Positions 1 through 18,961 of a stretch of DNA of 64,000 nucleotides are shown here, piece after piece. Numbering within the stretch: the first letter of the stretch is position 1; each line of letters opens with the position of its first letter. The position numbers and the translations under genes were made by a program. Under the pieces are notes generated by a model. It saw only the letters and a program-made list of their open reading frames with translations, searched no databases and was not told the origin of the DNA. Origin of the DNA: Octopus vulgaris (lineage: Eukaryota); NCBI GenBank assembly GCA_951406725.2, contig OX597814.1, positions 206,460,001 through 206,524,000 on the forward strand, in the 5' to 3' direction.

Positions 1-85
1 TGTATATATATGTATGCATTGTGTGTGTATGTATGTTATGTGTGTGTGTGTGTATATATATATTATGTATGTATGTGTGCGTGTG

Positions 86-134
<49 letters not shown>

Positions 135-172
135 GTTGTGTGTGTGTGTGTTTGTGTGTATATATGTGTGTG
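1..172. repeat. (TG)n/(TA)n compound microsatellite
   Basis: Directly visible dinucleotide runs; the ORFs here are artefacts. Confidence 0.95.
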
Positions 173-531
173 ACAAACAGACGCTGTCTGACCAGCAGGC
201 ACGGACACATCTATTCACACCCGCATACTAACCTCCTGATAACCCCAAAATCATTCATGCATAAAGGGGAAGTATACACCACATTGGCTACTTCTTCTGT
301 TCTCTCAGTTCAGCCTTTCTGCTAATACTGACAGGTCAGTAAAAACATACTTAAAATATTCTGAGATGTACAAAAAATCCATTTTAATTTTTGCTGTCAA
401 AACGCTGTATATATATACCAAAGATTGTATATATATACATGTAATGTGACAATTTGCGACAACCAATAATTAACGCAACCAATTCCCAATAATATATTTG
501 TTTTATCCTTTTCTGCCAAATTTTCCCAAAT

Positions 532-760
532 AATGTGACAATTATGTATAAAAAAACATTTTTGAATTCATAATATCCAATGTGACAATTATGTAAAAAA
601 CTTTTTTGAATGCATAATATTCAATGTGACAATTATGTAAAAAACTTTTTTGAACCCATAATATCCAATGTGACAATTATGTAAAAAACTTTTTTGAATG
701 CATAATATTCAATGTGACAATTATGTAAAAAACTTTTTTTGAACCCATATTATTCAATGT
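532..760. repeat. 44-bp minisatellite, ~5 copies
   Basis: aatgtgacaattatgtaaaaaacttttttgaa(tg/cc)cataatat(t/c)c starts at 532, 579, 623, 667, 711; a partial start at 756. Confidence 0.9.
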
Positions 761-773
761 TTCCTTAAATGTA

Positions 774-814
774 ACTTTTGACAATCTTTTACCAAAGAGT
801 GAAACCGGTTAAGT
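774..814 (+). ncRNA. Possible minimal type I hammerhead ribozyme, U3-A8 core variant (may be degenerate)
   Basis: ACTT-[TTGACAA]-TCTTT tacc AAAGA gt-[GAAA]-CCGG-TT-AAGT. Helix I is actt/aagt and helix III is palindromic ACCGGT, but the base of helix II is imperfect. Confidence 0.4.
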
Positions 815-845
815 AAATAAACATCGTTTAAATTGCATTTTCAAA

Positions 846-905
<60 letters not shown>

Positions 906-938
906 CAGATATTGTTATATTTCGGAATGGTCATATAG

Positions 939-2170
939 TTTAGCCAAATCCATATCGTAAACATGTACTCTCGCTATGTTGATGATATCAATATAGTAGT
1001 AAAGGCACCCCCACAAGAGAGTACGGTTGATATAGTAATAGAAACTAATACTATGGAGAGCATCCAGCAAATAGCTAACTCCATCCACCAGAGTATTAAG
1101 GTCACAATAGACTACCCCACTAAACACCCCAACCATAGACTACCAGTACTAGACACTGAACTCTGGCTAGAAATTGTGAAAAATAAAACCCAAATCCTTC
1201 ATTCATACTATGCAAAACCTATGGCCTCAAAATACCTGATCCACCGGAACTCAGCCATTGCGGGCAATGCCAAATTCAATATTTTGATGGCAGACCTCGT
1301 CAGAATAATGAGAAATGTGTCACGCATGTGCGAGCCTACAGAATTAAAGAGACACATACAGTATTTCATTCACCGCATGCAGTTCTCAGGTTACAGCCAT
1401 AAAGAAAGGATCAGAGTATACAAAGGAGCCATGAAGAAATTTGATAATATATTATGTAATGATAGGAATGGGATTTGCCCACTCTATAGGAACAAGTCAT
1501 GGAACACTATAGAAAGGACAAAAAAGAAAATAAGGAAGGCCAACTCTTGGTATGATAGCCATAAATACCAGAGTGTCATGTTCGTTGACACCACCCCTGG
1601 AGGTGAACTAGCGTACCGCTTTAGAAGGACCCTAGATAAATTTAAACTAAGAATTAAGGTTGTTGAAAAGCCAGGCAACCCTATCAGATCTATAATTGGT
1701 AGAACCTATCCTTTTAGTAGAACTCTCTGTACGGATAACTATTGCACTGTATGTAGATTTAGCCCACAAACGAACTGTAAAGCCAGAAATGTGGTCTATA
1801 GTATAAGATGTATAGAGGGACAATGCAGTAACAAGACAGTAACATACGTAGGGGAAACTGCAAGAAGCATTGGTGAGCGGGTGAATGAACATTGGAGACA
1901 ACTCAAGGAAGGTAAAAGCTCATCGATTCTGTACCAACACGCCGAACAAGAACACGGGGGATCAATCAATAACATAGAGATTAAGATATTGTCCACACAT
2001 AGAACAGATGCAACAATTAGACAAATTACAGAAGCTACACATATAATAGAAAATAAACCTAGCCTGAATAGAAAACTAGAATGGAGCAATAGCGCACACC
2101 ACAACATATGACAATAGTGGATCCTGCAAACATAATAAATACACAGGTAATTAAAGAAATAGAAATGAAT
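939..2170 (+). mobile_element. 5'-truncated Penelope-like retroelement flanked by (TA)n / (TA,TG)n
   Basis: Carries the RT C-terminal half plus GIY-YIG ORF; lies ~40 bp after the (TA)n at 854-901 and is followed by a TA/TG microsatellite from ~2172. Confidence 0.85.
963..2111 (+). CDS. Penelope-like RT (catalytic motif to thumb) + Cys-rich linker + C-terminal GIY-YIG endonuclease; N-terminus missing
   Basis: RYVDD RT motif; LPVLDTEL and YYAKPM thumb-region motifs; CxxxxCxxC...C linker; NVVYSIRC...[22 protein letters not shown]; 382 codons without a stop. Confidence 0.9.
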   Translation: MYSRYVDDINIVVKAPPQESTVDIVIETNTMESIQQIANSIHQSIKVTIDYPTKHPNHRLPVLDTELWLEIVKNKTQILHSYYAKPMASKYLIHRNSAIAGNAKFNILMADLVRIMRNVSRMCEPTELKRHIQYFIHRMQFSGYSHKERIRVYKGAMKKFDNILCNDRNGICPLYRNKSWNTIERTKKKIRKANSWYDSHKYQSVMFVDTTPGGELAYRFRRTLDKFKLRIKVVEKPGNPIRSIIGRTYPFSRTLCTDNYCTVCRFSPQTNCKARNVVYSIRCIEGQCSNKTVTYVGETARSIGERVNEHWRQLKEGKSSSILYQHAEQEHGGSINNIEIKILSTHRTDATIRQITEATHIIENKPSLNRKLEWSNSAHHNI

Positions 2171-2303
2171 ATCTATGTGTATGTATATGTGTATATATAT
2201 GTATATGTATATGTGTATATATGTGTGTATATATGTATATATATATATGTATATGTATGTGTATGTATATATATATATATATGTATATGTATATTCTTTT
2301 TTT

Positions 2304-2403
2304 NNNNNNNNNNNNNNNNNNNNNNNNNNNNNNNNNNNNNNNNNNNNNNNNNNNNNNNNNNNNNNNNNNNNNNNNNNNNNNNNNNNNNNNNNNNNNNNNN
2401 NNN
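2304..2403. other. Assembly gap (N run)
   Basis: Run of n. Confidence 1.
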
Positions 2404-2810
2404 AAAATATATTTATATCTAAATTAAATATTTTATAGAATGCATGGATGGTTCTTTTTTTGTTATTGAGGCTCAGTTATAATTTTGAAGGACTAAATGT
2501 TAGCATAGTTGCTTCCCTTTTTGTTTATCTAAGTGCTAGTTGTTGCTTGTGATTATGTATGTGTATAAGTGTATGTATATACATATAACTATGTGTGTAT
2601 GTGCGATTGATCTGTAGATGCGTGTGTGAATATTGGCGTTCCCTGACTAACCAACCGTATAATTTTCTTTTGTGATTTAAATTTCAAACCAATAGCCAAT
2701 CGAATTAATCTAAATTTTCTTTACCTAGTGGTCAGCATTTCTTAACTCATAGTTATTTCGATCTTGAAAGGATGGACTTGGTGCTAACTTAACTGTATCT
2801 ATTTTTATTA

Positions 2811-2868
<58 letters not shown>

Positions 2869-3694
2869 AGTAATTTTTATTAACTTTTATAGCTTTAGAA
2901 TTTTATGAACTGTACCACGGATTTAATTATTATTTTTCATCTCCATATGTGTTAGCCCATTTTTTTTATAAAAAAAACTATTAGCCAAATATGTATAATA
3001 TCGGTACTTATTAATATTAATATATACACTGTTATATATTTTGTTTTATTTTGTTCTGTTTACCTTCCTTTTTGTACAAATGTGTATTATATTATATAAG
3101 TGTAGCATTATGATGTATAAGTTTTTATATTTTACATTTTTATATTTTTATATTTATATGTATATGATTATATAATATTTTTCACTATTATAACAAATTT
3201 AATTTAATTCTCTGAAGAGGCCGTGGGGCATCCTTGTTAATGCCTCATTTATACCTGCCTTTATGGCTTATAGGTTAAATGAGGTATGACTGTCCTCACT
3301 GCCGAAACAGCTGTCAGTTTTGATTTATTTGCATATTATATTTGAAATTTTACTTATATCTCTTTATCTTTTTACTTTTACTATTACTGTATATCTCATT
3401 TCATTTTATATATTGTCTTTACTCATATGTAATGGTGTATTAAAGTATGGATTGAGTATCATCGGATAGTTGATGTTTTACTGATTTAAGTATGTTTCTC
3501 CATTCTCTAATTTTGTAGTATTAATTTACGGTAATATTATTACCTTTACCCATTTAATACAATAGATGAACTGATTGCTTGACAATTTTTAACATCTATG
3601 TATTAATTTTGTTGGGTACCTATCTAGCAGTATATTGGATATATATTATCCCATGGTGGGTTGAATTTTCAACCCCTATCTCATTTTATATTAC

Positions 3695-3695
<1 letters not shown>
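2404..3695 (+). mobile_element. Non-coding HHR-bearing element (Penelope pseudo-LTR-like or retrozyme-like)
   Basis: AT-rich non-coding block containing an HHR and ending in (TA)n; part of it (3467-3520) recurs inverted at 8088-8141. Confidence 0.55.
3205..3321 (+). ncRNA. Type I hammerhead ribozyme with extended helix II and palindromic helix III
   Basis: CTGAAGA (3212-3218); helix II ggc-cgtggggca/tgtcctcac-tgcc enclosing hairpin atgcctcattta-t-acct...aggt-taaatgaggtat; GAAA (3304-3307); acagctgt helix III; GTC cleavage triplet ending at 3315; helix I weak. Confidence 0.75.
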
Positions 3696-3751
<56 letters not shown>

Positions 3752-4145
3752 GCCAAGAAATAGCCAAGTCGGAACAGATATTTTTCACGAGGCATTCCTC
3801 TTGCTACCTCGGCAATATCTGACCTAAAATTTTCAAATCGTCGCACTCGTGCCAAATTTATCGGCAGCAGATAAATATAAGCCACCGATTCCATTACGGA
3901 ACTAACCAGAAAATTCATAATTAATCAATATAGGGTGGCAAAAAAAATTTTGTAGAATTCTTTTGCCACCAGCGGCCTAGTGGGAAAAAATTAAATAGTC
4001 ATAAACCATTTCTAAGTTCAACATCACAATCAAGGAACGGCCATAATAGGCCATTCACCCACTAGAAATAACAGCCAAAAGCTTTAACCGCAAAATAACA
4101 TTAATTCCGTAAACCAGGAGAAAATTGAAAAACATTTACCCTGTA

Positions 4146-4252
4146 ATTTCTTAGACGATGCACCGTTTCATCTACCGTTTAATGGTAAACTAACCTGATT
4201 AAATTAAATCAAGCCAATCCACCATAGGCCCTTAGACTCATCAGTAAGAAAT
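4146..4252 (-). ncRNA. Type I hammerhead ribozyme (unit 1)
   Basis: Reverse complement of the 4940-5046 motif; predicted cleavage between 4154 and 4153. Confidence 0.88.
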
Positions 4253-4636
4253 AGCCAAGTCGGAACAGATATTTTTCACGAGGCATTCCTCTTGCTACCT
4301 CGGCAATATCTGACCTAAAATTTTCAAATCGTCGCACTCGCGCCAAATTTATCGGCAGCAAATAAATACAAGCCACCGATTCCATTACGGAACTAACCAG
4401 AAAATTCATAATTAATCAATATAGGGTGGCAAAAAAAATTTTGTAGAATTCTTTTGCCACCAGCGGCCTAGTGGGAAAAAATTAAATAGTCATAAACCAT
4501 TTCTAAGTTCAACATCACAATCAAGGAACGGCCATAATAGGCCATTCACCCACTAGAAATAACAGCCAAAAGCTTTAACCGCAAAATAACATTAATTCCG
4601 TAAACCAGGAGAAAATTGAAAAACATTTACCCTGTA

Positions 4637-4743
4637 ATTTCTTAGACGATGCACCGTTTCATCTACCGTTTAATGGTAAACTAACCTGATTAAATTAAAT
4701 CAAGCCAATCCACCATAGGCCCTTAGACTCATCAGTAAGAAAT
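4637..4743 (-). ncRNA. Type I hammerhead ribozyme (unit 2)
   Basis: Reverse complement of the 4940-5046 motif; predicted cleavage between 4645 and 4644. Confidence 0.88.
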
Positions 4744-4939
4744 AGCCAAGTCGGAACAGATATTTTCACGAGGCATTCCTCTTGCTACCTCGGCAATATC
4801 TGACCTAAAATTTTCAAATCGTCGCATTTATTTGCTGCCGATAAATTTGGCGCGAGTGCGACGTTTGAAAATTTTAGGTCAGATATTGCCGAGGTAGCAA
4901 GAGGAATGCCTCGTGAAAAATATCTGTTCCGACTTGGCT

Positions 4940-5046
4940 ATTTCTTACTGATGAGTCTAAGGGCCTATGGTGGATTGGCTTGATTTAATTTAATCAGGTT
5001 AGTTTACCATTAAACGGTAGATGAAACGGTGCATCGTCTAAGAAAT
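4940..5046 (+). ncRNA. Type I hammerhead ribozyme (inverted arm)
   Basis: Helix I atttctta/taagaaat (8 bp); CTGATGA 4948-4954; helix II gtcta/tagat enclosing a 19-bp GU-rich hairpin; GAAA 5023-5026; near-palindromic helix III acggtgcatcgt; GTC 5036-5038. Confidence 0.9.
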
Positions 5047-5164
5047 TACAGGGTAAATGTTTTTCAATTTTCTCCGGGTTTACGGAATTAATGTTATTTT
5101 GCGGTTAAAGCTTTTGGCTGTTATTTCTAGTGGGTGAATGGCCTATTATGGCCGTTCCTTGATT

Positions 5165-8090
<2,926 letters not shown>

Positions 8091-8141
8091 TACAAAATTA
8101 GAGAATGGAGAAACATACTTAAATCAGTAAAACATCAACTA

Positions 8142-8241
8142 NNNNNNNNNNNNNNNNNNNNNNNNNNNNNNNNNNNNNNNNNNNNNNNNNNNNNNNNNNN
8201 NNNNNNNNNNNNNNNNNNNNNNNNNNNNNNNNNNNNNNNNN
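8142..8241. other. Assembly gap (N run)
   Basis: Run of n. Confidence 1.
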
Positions 8242-8746
8242 TGATGACGCGACCTTTCATGTACATGTTGCTAAACTGACAATGAAATGTAGACGGCTGG
8301 CTGGATGGATTCTTAGAACCTTTAGAACAAGAGAACAAGAAACCATGATGGTCCTCTGGAAGACACTTGTCCTAAGTCACTTTGACTATTGCTCTGAGGG
8401 ATAGCTCACAGCCTCTATGCAGAAGTGATGGGAAAGACTCAAGAGATTAAAATTATATTCCCTGGAGCGTGGCACATGTGAACTTTGGCATCGGGAGTTA
8501 CGAAATGCTAAACTGACAATGCCTAGGAACCTGCCATCAAGATGTAGGACAAGATTCTGTGATAGCCTGGGCTTCCGAGGCCCACAGCAATATCCTCCCG
8601 AAGAACCTGGATGGATACATATATCTTTAAAATGAGCTGGATCTCTTCCTGTTTAGAACAAGAGAACAATGAAACCATGATGGTCCTCTGGAAGAGTTGC
8701 TGTCCTAAGTAGCAACACCAAATGGCGGTGCCCCAGCATGGTCACA
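8242..8746 (+). mobile_element. Rearranged 3' fragment of the CR1/L2-group LINE at 11260-17050
   Basis: 8242-8395 is the reverse complement of ~11860-12013; it ends with agtagcaacaccaaatggcggtgccccagcatggtcaca, the same 3' end, running into (TA)n. Confidence 0.85.
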
Positions 8747-11259
<2,513 letters not shown>

Positions 11260-11347
11260 GATTGATTGATTGATTGATTCTAGTTTCAGCTTATGAGCTG
11301 TGGCCATGCTGGGGCACCGCCATTTGGTGTTGCTACTTGGTTTCACT

Positions 11348-12830
11348 TCATGGAGGCTTTCTAGCAACTGCTATTTGGTGCATGAGAGAGTTCGATGCAG
11401 CTGCCCTCATCTGCCCCTCCTGCCGTGAAGTTGGTTCATCTGGGACACCTGACAGGAAGAGATCCAGCTTCATTTTAAAGACATCTGTATCCACCCCATG
11501 CAGGTCTCTCAGGTTCTTCGGGAGGATATTGAAGAGCTGTGGGCCTCGGAAGCCCAGGCTATCACAGAATCTTGTCCTACATCTTGATGGCAGGTTTGGA
11601 GTCCTAGGCACCACGCAGTGGCGCCCAGTTCTGGCATTTGCGTAACTCTCGATGCCAAAGTTCAGGACACTTCCCTCCAGGATCTTCCAGATGTATATTA
11701 TGGCATATCTTTCCCGCCTACGCTCCAGGGAATATAATTTTAATCTCTTGAGTCTTTCCCAGTAGCTTACATTCTGCATAGAGGCTATCTTCTTTGTGTA
11801 GCTTCGTTGGATCGCCTCAAGTTCTGTGATCAACTTGACACTGGATGGTGACCATAGCTGAGAGCAATAGTCAAAGTGGCTTAGGACAAGTGTCTTCCAG
11901 AGGACCATCATGGTTTCTTGTTCTCTTGTTCTAAAGGTTCTAAGAATCCATCCAGCCAGCCGTCTACATTTCATTGTCAGTTTAGCAACATGTACATGAA
12001 AGGTCGCGTCATCACTCATGTGAATACCCAGGTCACGCACTGATTGTGCCTCTGGGATTGCAATCCCTCCGGGTCCAGTGTATTCATTGGGTATTGCATT
12101 CAGTTTTGCATGCTGATAGTATAAAGCTTGAAACTTTCCAGCATTGAACTGCATGCTATTCTTTTCAGCCCACTTGTATATTTCGTCCAGCTCACATTGC
12201 AGGTGTTTAGTGTCCTCAGGGTTCTGTATTGCCTGTGAAACTTTTGTATCATCTGCATAACTTGTGATCGTGGCTCTCTGCGTGGCTGAGGGCATGTCTG
12301 AGAGGGCCATTATGAACAGTAGTGGTCCCAGAACAGTGCCCTGCGGAACACCGCTCACTATTTGTGTGTTAATGGAGGTGGCCCCATTGGCTACTACCAC
12401 CTGACTTCTATCCTTCAGAAAGTCATGAAGCCATTCTCCCAGTTTTCCAACTATGTTGAGATCACGCAGTTTGTGACATATCATTCCATGATCGACTTTA
12501 TCAAAGGCCTTTGCAAAGTCGAGATATATCACTTCCACATTTGAGTGGTTGAGCAGCCGTTTCAGCACCCAGTCATAGTGTTGTAGGAGCTGAGTTAAAC
12601 AGCTTCTCCCTGGTCGGAAACCATGTTGGGTGTCGGGCAGCAAGTCATTCTCTTCAAGGAAGGTGATCAGCTTCCTTCTGACTATTCGTTCCATGACCTT
12701 GCTGATGTGTGAGGTCAGAGAGATAGGTCTATAGTTCTTGGCTTCCGCTCTGCTACCTCCTTTATGAATGGGGCATATTTTACCTTCCTTCAGTTTTCCT
12801 GGAAGTTTGCCAGCTGCAAGGAAGCTCTCG
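11348..12830 (-). CDS. LINE reverse transcriptase domain and C-terminus
   Basis: [54 protein letters not shown]. Confidence 0.92.
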
Positions 12831-14340
12831 AAAGAGGAACTGCAGTGGTCTTGCTAGGACTCTCTTACATGCTTTTAGGAGGATTGCCGGGAATCCATCG
12901 GGGCCAGTAGCTGAGTCTGTTTTCATTTCATCTATAGCCTTGGTTACATCGTCTTCCTTTATATCGATGTAATCTATCGTCGCCGCCTCTGATTTTATAT
13001 CTGCAGTGGTAAAAAAGTCAGTTGGATTGGTGATTTGGAGATGCCCAAGGGGTGGAGTGAAAACACTCTTGAATTGCTCATTCAGTATTTCACTTACCCT
13101 CATTGGTTTTCCTGTAAGTGTGCCATCCTTTTCGAGGAGTGGCCCTATTCTACAGTGCACTGTAGCTGTTTCTTTGGCATACCTGTAGAAAGCTCTGGGG
13201 TTAGATTTTATGTTTTCTATAGCCCAGGCTTCTTTGTCTGCTCTTTCTTTTTCATGGGAGAGTTGCAGACAATTTTCGATTTCCAACAGTTTTATTTTTA
13301 GGCGGGACTTTTCACTGCTTTCAATCTGTTTGTTTAGGCGATTTGAAAATTTCGTACGCCGTCTCATTAAAATTTTCCTCTCTCTGGGGATTTTGTTCTT
13401 GTGTACAGTGGCCTTTCTCTCTGGGACACATTTGTAGCATATGGCTTGCATTACAGACATGAATTGTTGAAGTTTCACGTCGATGTCTGGCGAGGAGAGA
13501 CATTTAGGCCAGTTTTGTTTGAGGATCTCTTTCTCAATTTGTTTCCAGTTTGCCTTATGGTAGTTCAAGCTGGAAAGATTTTTGAGGGTTTCTTGTAGGC
13601 TGCATGTCCGTGCTCTCTTTTGGCCCGTACATGGTCAGCTCTACCATGTTGTGATCCGAGAGTAGTGTCGGTGTCACTTTCACATTATGGATGAGATCCA
13701 TGTCATTTGTGAAGCAGAGATCCAGTGTGTTACCTGCCCTGGTTGGTTGGAGTATTACCTGCTCCATGTACAGGGTGTTGATGAGGTTCAGGAGGGACAT
13801 CGCCTGTCCTCGTTCACATCTTGTCATTCCTGGGAGAGAAAGGCCCTCGGGCCATCTGACATTGGGCAGATTGAAGTCTCCCATAAGAAGCACACCTATG
13901 TGTTGTTCTAATGTGGTTAGAATTTCTTCTATTTTTATAAGGCAGTCTTCAAACTTGCCCACATGGCTTGGGGCATCTGGAGGGCGATATGTAGCACACA
14001 CAACTACATCAAGTTGCTTAATATGTACAATTAGTGTGTCACACACCGAGTTTGAGTATGACAAGAGGACCTGGGGTGTGAGGTCCTCACGGATATACAT
14101 AGCAACACCTCCATGACTCCTTTCTTTCCTGTCGGGTCTGCAGTACAGCATACTGTGGTATGTGTAACTCCGCATCTGCTATGTCCGGTTTCAGGTGCGT
14201 TTCTGTAAGTGCTATGCATAAGGCTTGATTGCATGCAACAAAGTCTCTCAGGAACGTGATCCTTGTCCTGTTACTGAGTGTTTGCAGTCCCTTCTGATGT
14301 TCAGTAGGAGCATCGAGGTGAGGTGTACGTTGCTGCCGGC
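12780..14340 (-). pseudogene. LINE AP-endonuclease and linker (frameshifted)
   Basis: IALTETHL, GGVAMYIR, TYRPP, MGDFNLP, PTRAGNTLDLCFTN, SDHNMV; linker ATGPDGFPAILLK. Confidence 0.9.
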
Positions 14341-15221
14341 GGTGTCCATCCTGTGTCTGTTTGCTGTGGTGGTCTGGTATATAGTGGGTAGTCCCACCTG
14401 CGGGCTTGGGCTGGGCCTCTGATGAAGCCAGGTCAGCTGCTGTACAATCTTTTGTGCCATGCACAAAAAAGATTGTTGCTCAGTAGCTGCTCTTTCGACA
14501 AACATCATGTTGGCGGTTTGTGGCGCGCACAACATCTGCGTACCTCCGCTTTGGGGCAGGTGGTGCGTGGTCCATCCCTTTTCTTTGTAGTTGATGGTTT
14601 GTCCATCTGCCTCGTGTCTCTGTGGCAGGGTCCCCGATGTGCAAAGCGGCAGCCTGCACCTTCCTTTCCATGCCAGCAGGAACCTCTCAGGTAGAACATA
14701 CACACCCGTGTGCGCTGTTTGGTTCCATCCTTTGCGGTTCCACTTCTATTCCTGGTTGTTTCACCCTTTGGTCCTGCTTGAGCTTTTTCTTTTCCTTTAG
14801 CTCTTCCAGTCCTTCTTTTAGTTCTTCTTCCTCCTCTACCTCTTCACCGGGTTCTCCGTCTCCATGGCCCTTGCTGCCGGTTGGAGAACTTGCACCTGGG
14901 TTCACTTCCGGGCAGGTTTCTCATTCAAAACCTCCTCCCGGGCGTCCACCAGGTGGGGGTGAATTCTTTCATCGTCTCCATTCTTGCCATCTTTGCCCCG
15001 CTCGTTCTCAAAGATGGCATCAAGTGCGCCAATGTGCGACCGTACAAGCGCATATGAGCGCACGAATTCCCCGTCTCTTTCGCTCCATCTGAGCCGCTGT
15101 CCTCTTGTAGCCTCTGCTCTCTCAGCGCAGCCGCAATCACCTCGCTAGGGCTATCTCCGCCGGCGCACTCCCATGCTTGTACGAATAAATCCAGCTCGTC
15201 AGGTCTCCATGCTCTGGACAT
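14340..15221 (-). pseudogene. LINE ORF1-like region: Myb/SANT-like N-terminus, CCCH zinc finger, RRYADVV motif
   Basis: MSRAWRPDELDLFVQAW; CMFYLRGSCWHGKEGAGCRFAH; homologous to 20773-21560. Confidence 0.7.
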
Positions 15222-15279
15222 GCTGGATAATCCGTCTATCCGTTTATCTATCTAATTATGTTCGAGAGAAGACAGGAAG

Positions 15280-17038
15280 ATATTAAGGCTAATTAGAAGA
15301 TAGAGTACTTGAAAAAGAAATATTAACAATATTAAAGTTTGTGGGTAAAAACGTTATTTAATCTTAAGGCTAATTAGGGGATAGAGTATCTGAAAATGTA
15401 TTAGCAATATTGATATTATATTAGAGTGTGGGTAAAAACGTTGTTTAATCTTAAGGCTAATTAGGAGATAGAGTATCTGAAAATATATTAGCAATATTAA
15501 TATTATATTAGAGTGTGGGTAAAAAAACGTTATTTAATCTTAAGGCTAATTTGGAGATAGAGTATCTGAAAATATATTAGCAATATTAATATTATATTAG
15601 AGTGTGGGTAATATTAAACGTTATTTAATTTAATCTTAAGGCTAATTAGAAGGCAGAGTATCTGAAAAATTATTAACAATATTAAGCAATATTAACCGTT
15701 ATTTAATTTAATCTTAAGGCTAATTAGACGTTATTAATATTAAACGTTATTTAATTTAATCTTAAGGCTAATTAGAAGATAGAGTATCTGAAAATATATT
15801 AGCAATATTAATATTATATTAGGAGTGTGGGTAAAAACGTTATTTAATCTTAAGGCTAATTAGAGATAGAGTATCTGAAAATATATTAGCAATGTTAATA
15901 TTATATTAGGAGTGTGGGTAATATTAAACGTTATTTAATTTAATCTTAAGGCTAATTAGAAGATAGAGTATCTGAAGAATTATTAACAATATTAAAACAA
16001 TATTAAACGTTATTTAATTTAATCTTAAGGCTAATTAACAATAATTATTAACAATATTAAACAATATTAAACGTTATTTAATTTAATCCTAAGGCTAATT
16101 AGACAGATAGAGTATCTGAACAATATTAAACAATATTAACAATATTATTATATTAGACGTGTGGGTAATATTAAACGTTATTTAATTTAATCTTAAGGCT
16201 AATTAGAAGATAGAGTATCTGAAAAATTATTATATCGAGAACAGATATTGAAAAATGTAAACAAACAAAAATTATATTAGAGTGTGGGTAATATTAAACG
16301 TTATTTAATTTAATCTTAAGGCTAATTAGAAGATAGAGTATCTGAAAAATTATTAACAATATTAAAACAATATTAAACGTTATTTAATTTAATCTTAAGG
16401 CTAGTTAACAATAATTATTAACAATATTAAACAATATTAAACGTTATTTAATTTAATCCTAAGGCTAATTAACAATAATTATTAACAATATTAAACAATA
16501 TTAAACGTTATTTAATTTAATCCTAAGGCTAATTAGACAGATAATTATCTGAACAATTATTATATCGAGAACAGATATTGAAAATGTAATACAAAACAAA
16601 AATTATATTAGAGTGTTGGTAATATTAAGCGTTATTTAATTTAATCTTAAGGCTAATTAGAAGATAGAGTATCTGAAAAAAATTATTAACAATATTAAAC
16701 AATATTAAACGTTATTTAATTTAATCTTAAGGCTAATTAACAATAATTATTAACAATATTAAACAATATTAAACGTTATTTAATTTAATCTTAAGGCTAA
16801 TTAGACGTTATCAATATTAAACGTTATTTAATTTAATCTTAAGGCTAATTAGAAGATAGAGTATCTGAGAAATTATTATATCGAGAACAGATATTGAAAA
16901 TGTAAACAAACAAAAATTATATTAGAGTGTGGGTAATATTAAACGTTATTTAATTTAATCTTAAGGCTAATTAGAAGATAGAGTATCTGAAAAATTATTA
17001 TATCGAGAACAGATATTGAAAATGTAAACAAACAAAAT
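15280..17038. repeat. Modular AT-rich tandem array upstream of the LINE ORF
   Basis: Core aaacgttatttaatttaatcttaaggctaattag recurs about 20 times with shuffled spacer modules. Confidence 0.9.
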
Positions 17039-17410
17039 GACGATCGCAACTTTAACTAAGATGTGGGCCTAAGTGAAGGATAAAATAGAATAATAAATAA
17101 AATATGAAATAGATGAAAGTGATACTTAATCCAACAATGTGGTCTGGATTTTTTTTTTGGTTTACGGGATTTTTTCAGGAGAGATGCTTCTTTTTTTCTT
17201 TCTTGCAGGAGATAACTTGATTCAGTTATTTTTGCACCATGTGCGTTTCGGCGAAAATGAAAATTACTGTGTATATGTATATATTTATATATATATTTTT
17301 AAAAATATTTTTAACCAAAGTGTTGTAGTGATCTCTATGACTTAGAGTTTTACGTTTTGCAACTACAGTGGGTTATTTCGCCGATCTATGCAAACTTTTT
17401 CACAGCAAAC

Positions 17411-18961
<1,551 letters not shown>

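Larger units (their letters stand above)
11260..17050 (-). mobile_element. Near full-length CR1/L2-group LINE (APE + RT) with (AATC)n tail and tandem-repeat 5' region
   Basis: (GATT)5 at 11260-11279 next to (TA)n; RT, APE and N-terminal CCCH regions in order; a few frameshifts; the 5' boundary is approximate. Confidence 0.9.

Noticed and set aside
3715-4409. Repeated 66-67 aa ORF MNFLVSSVMES... in the 491-bp unit
   Set aside because: Short and without a recognisable motif; it overlaps RNA stems and the ribozyme, so the sequence is better explained as structured RNA.
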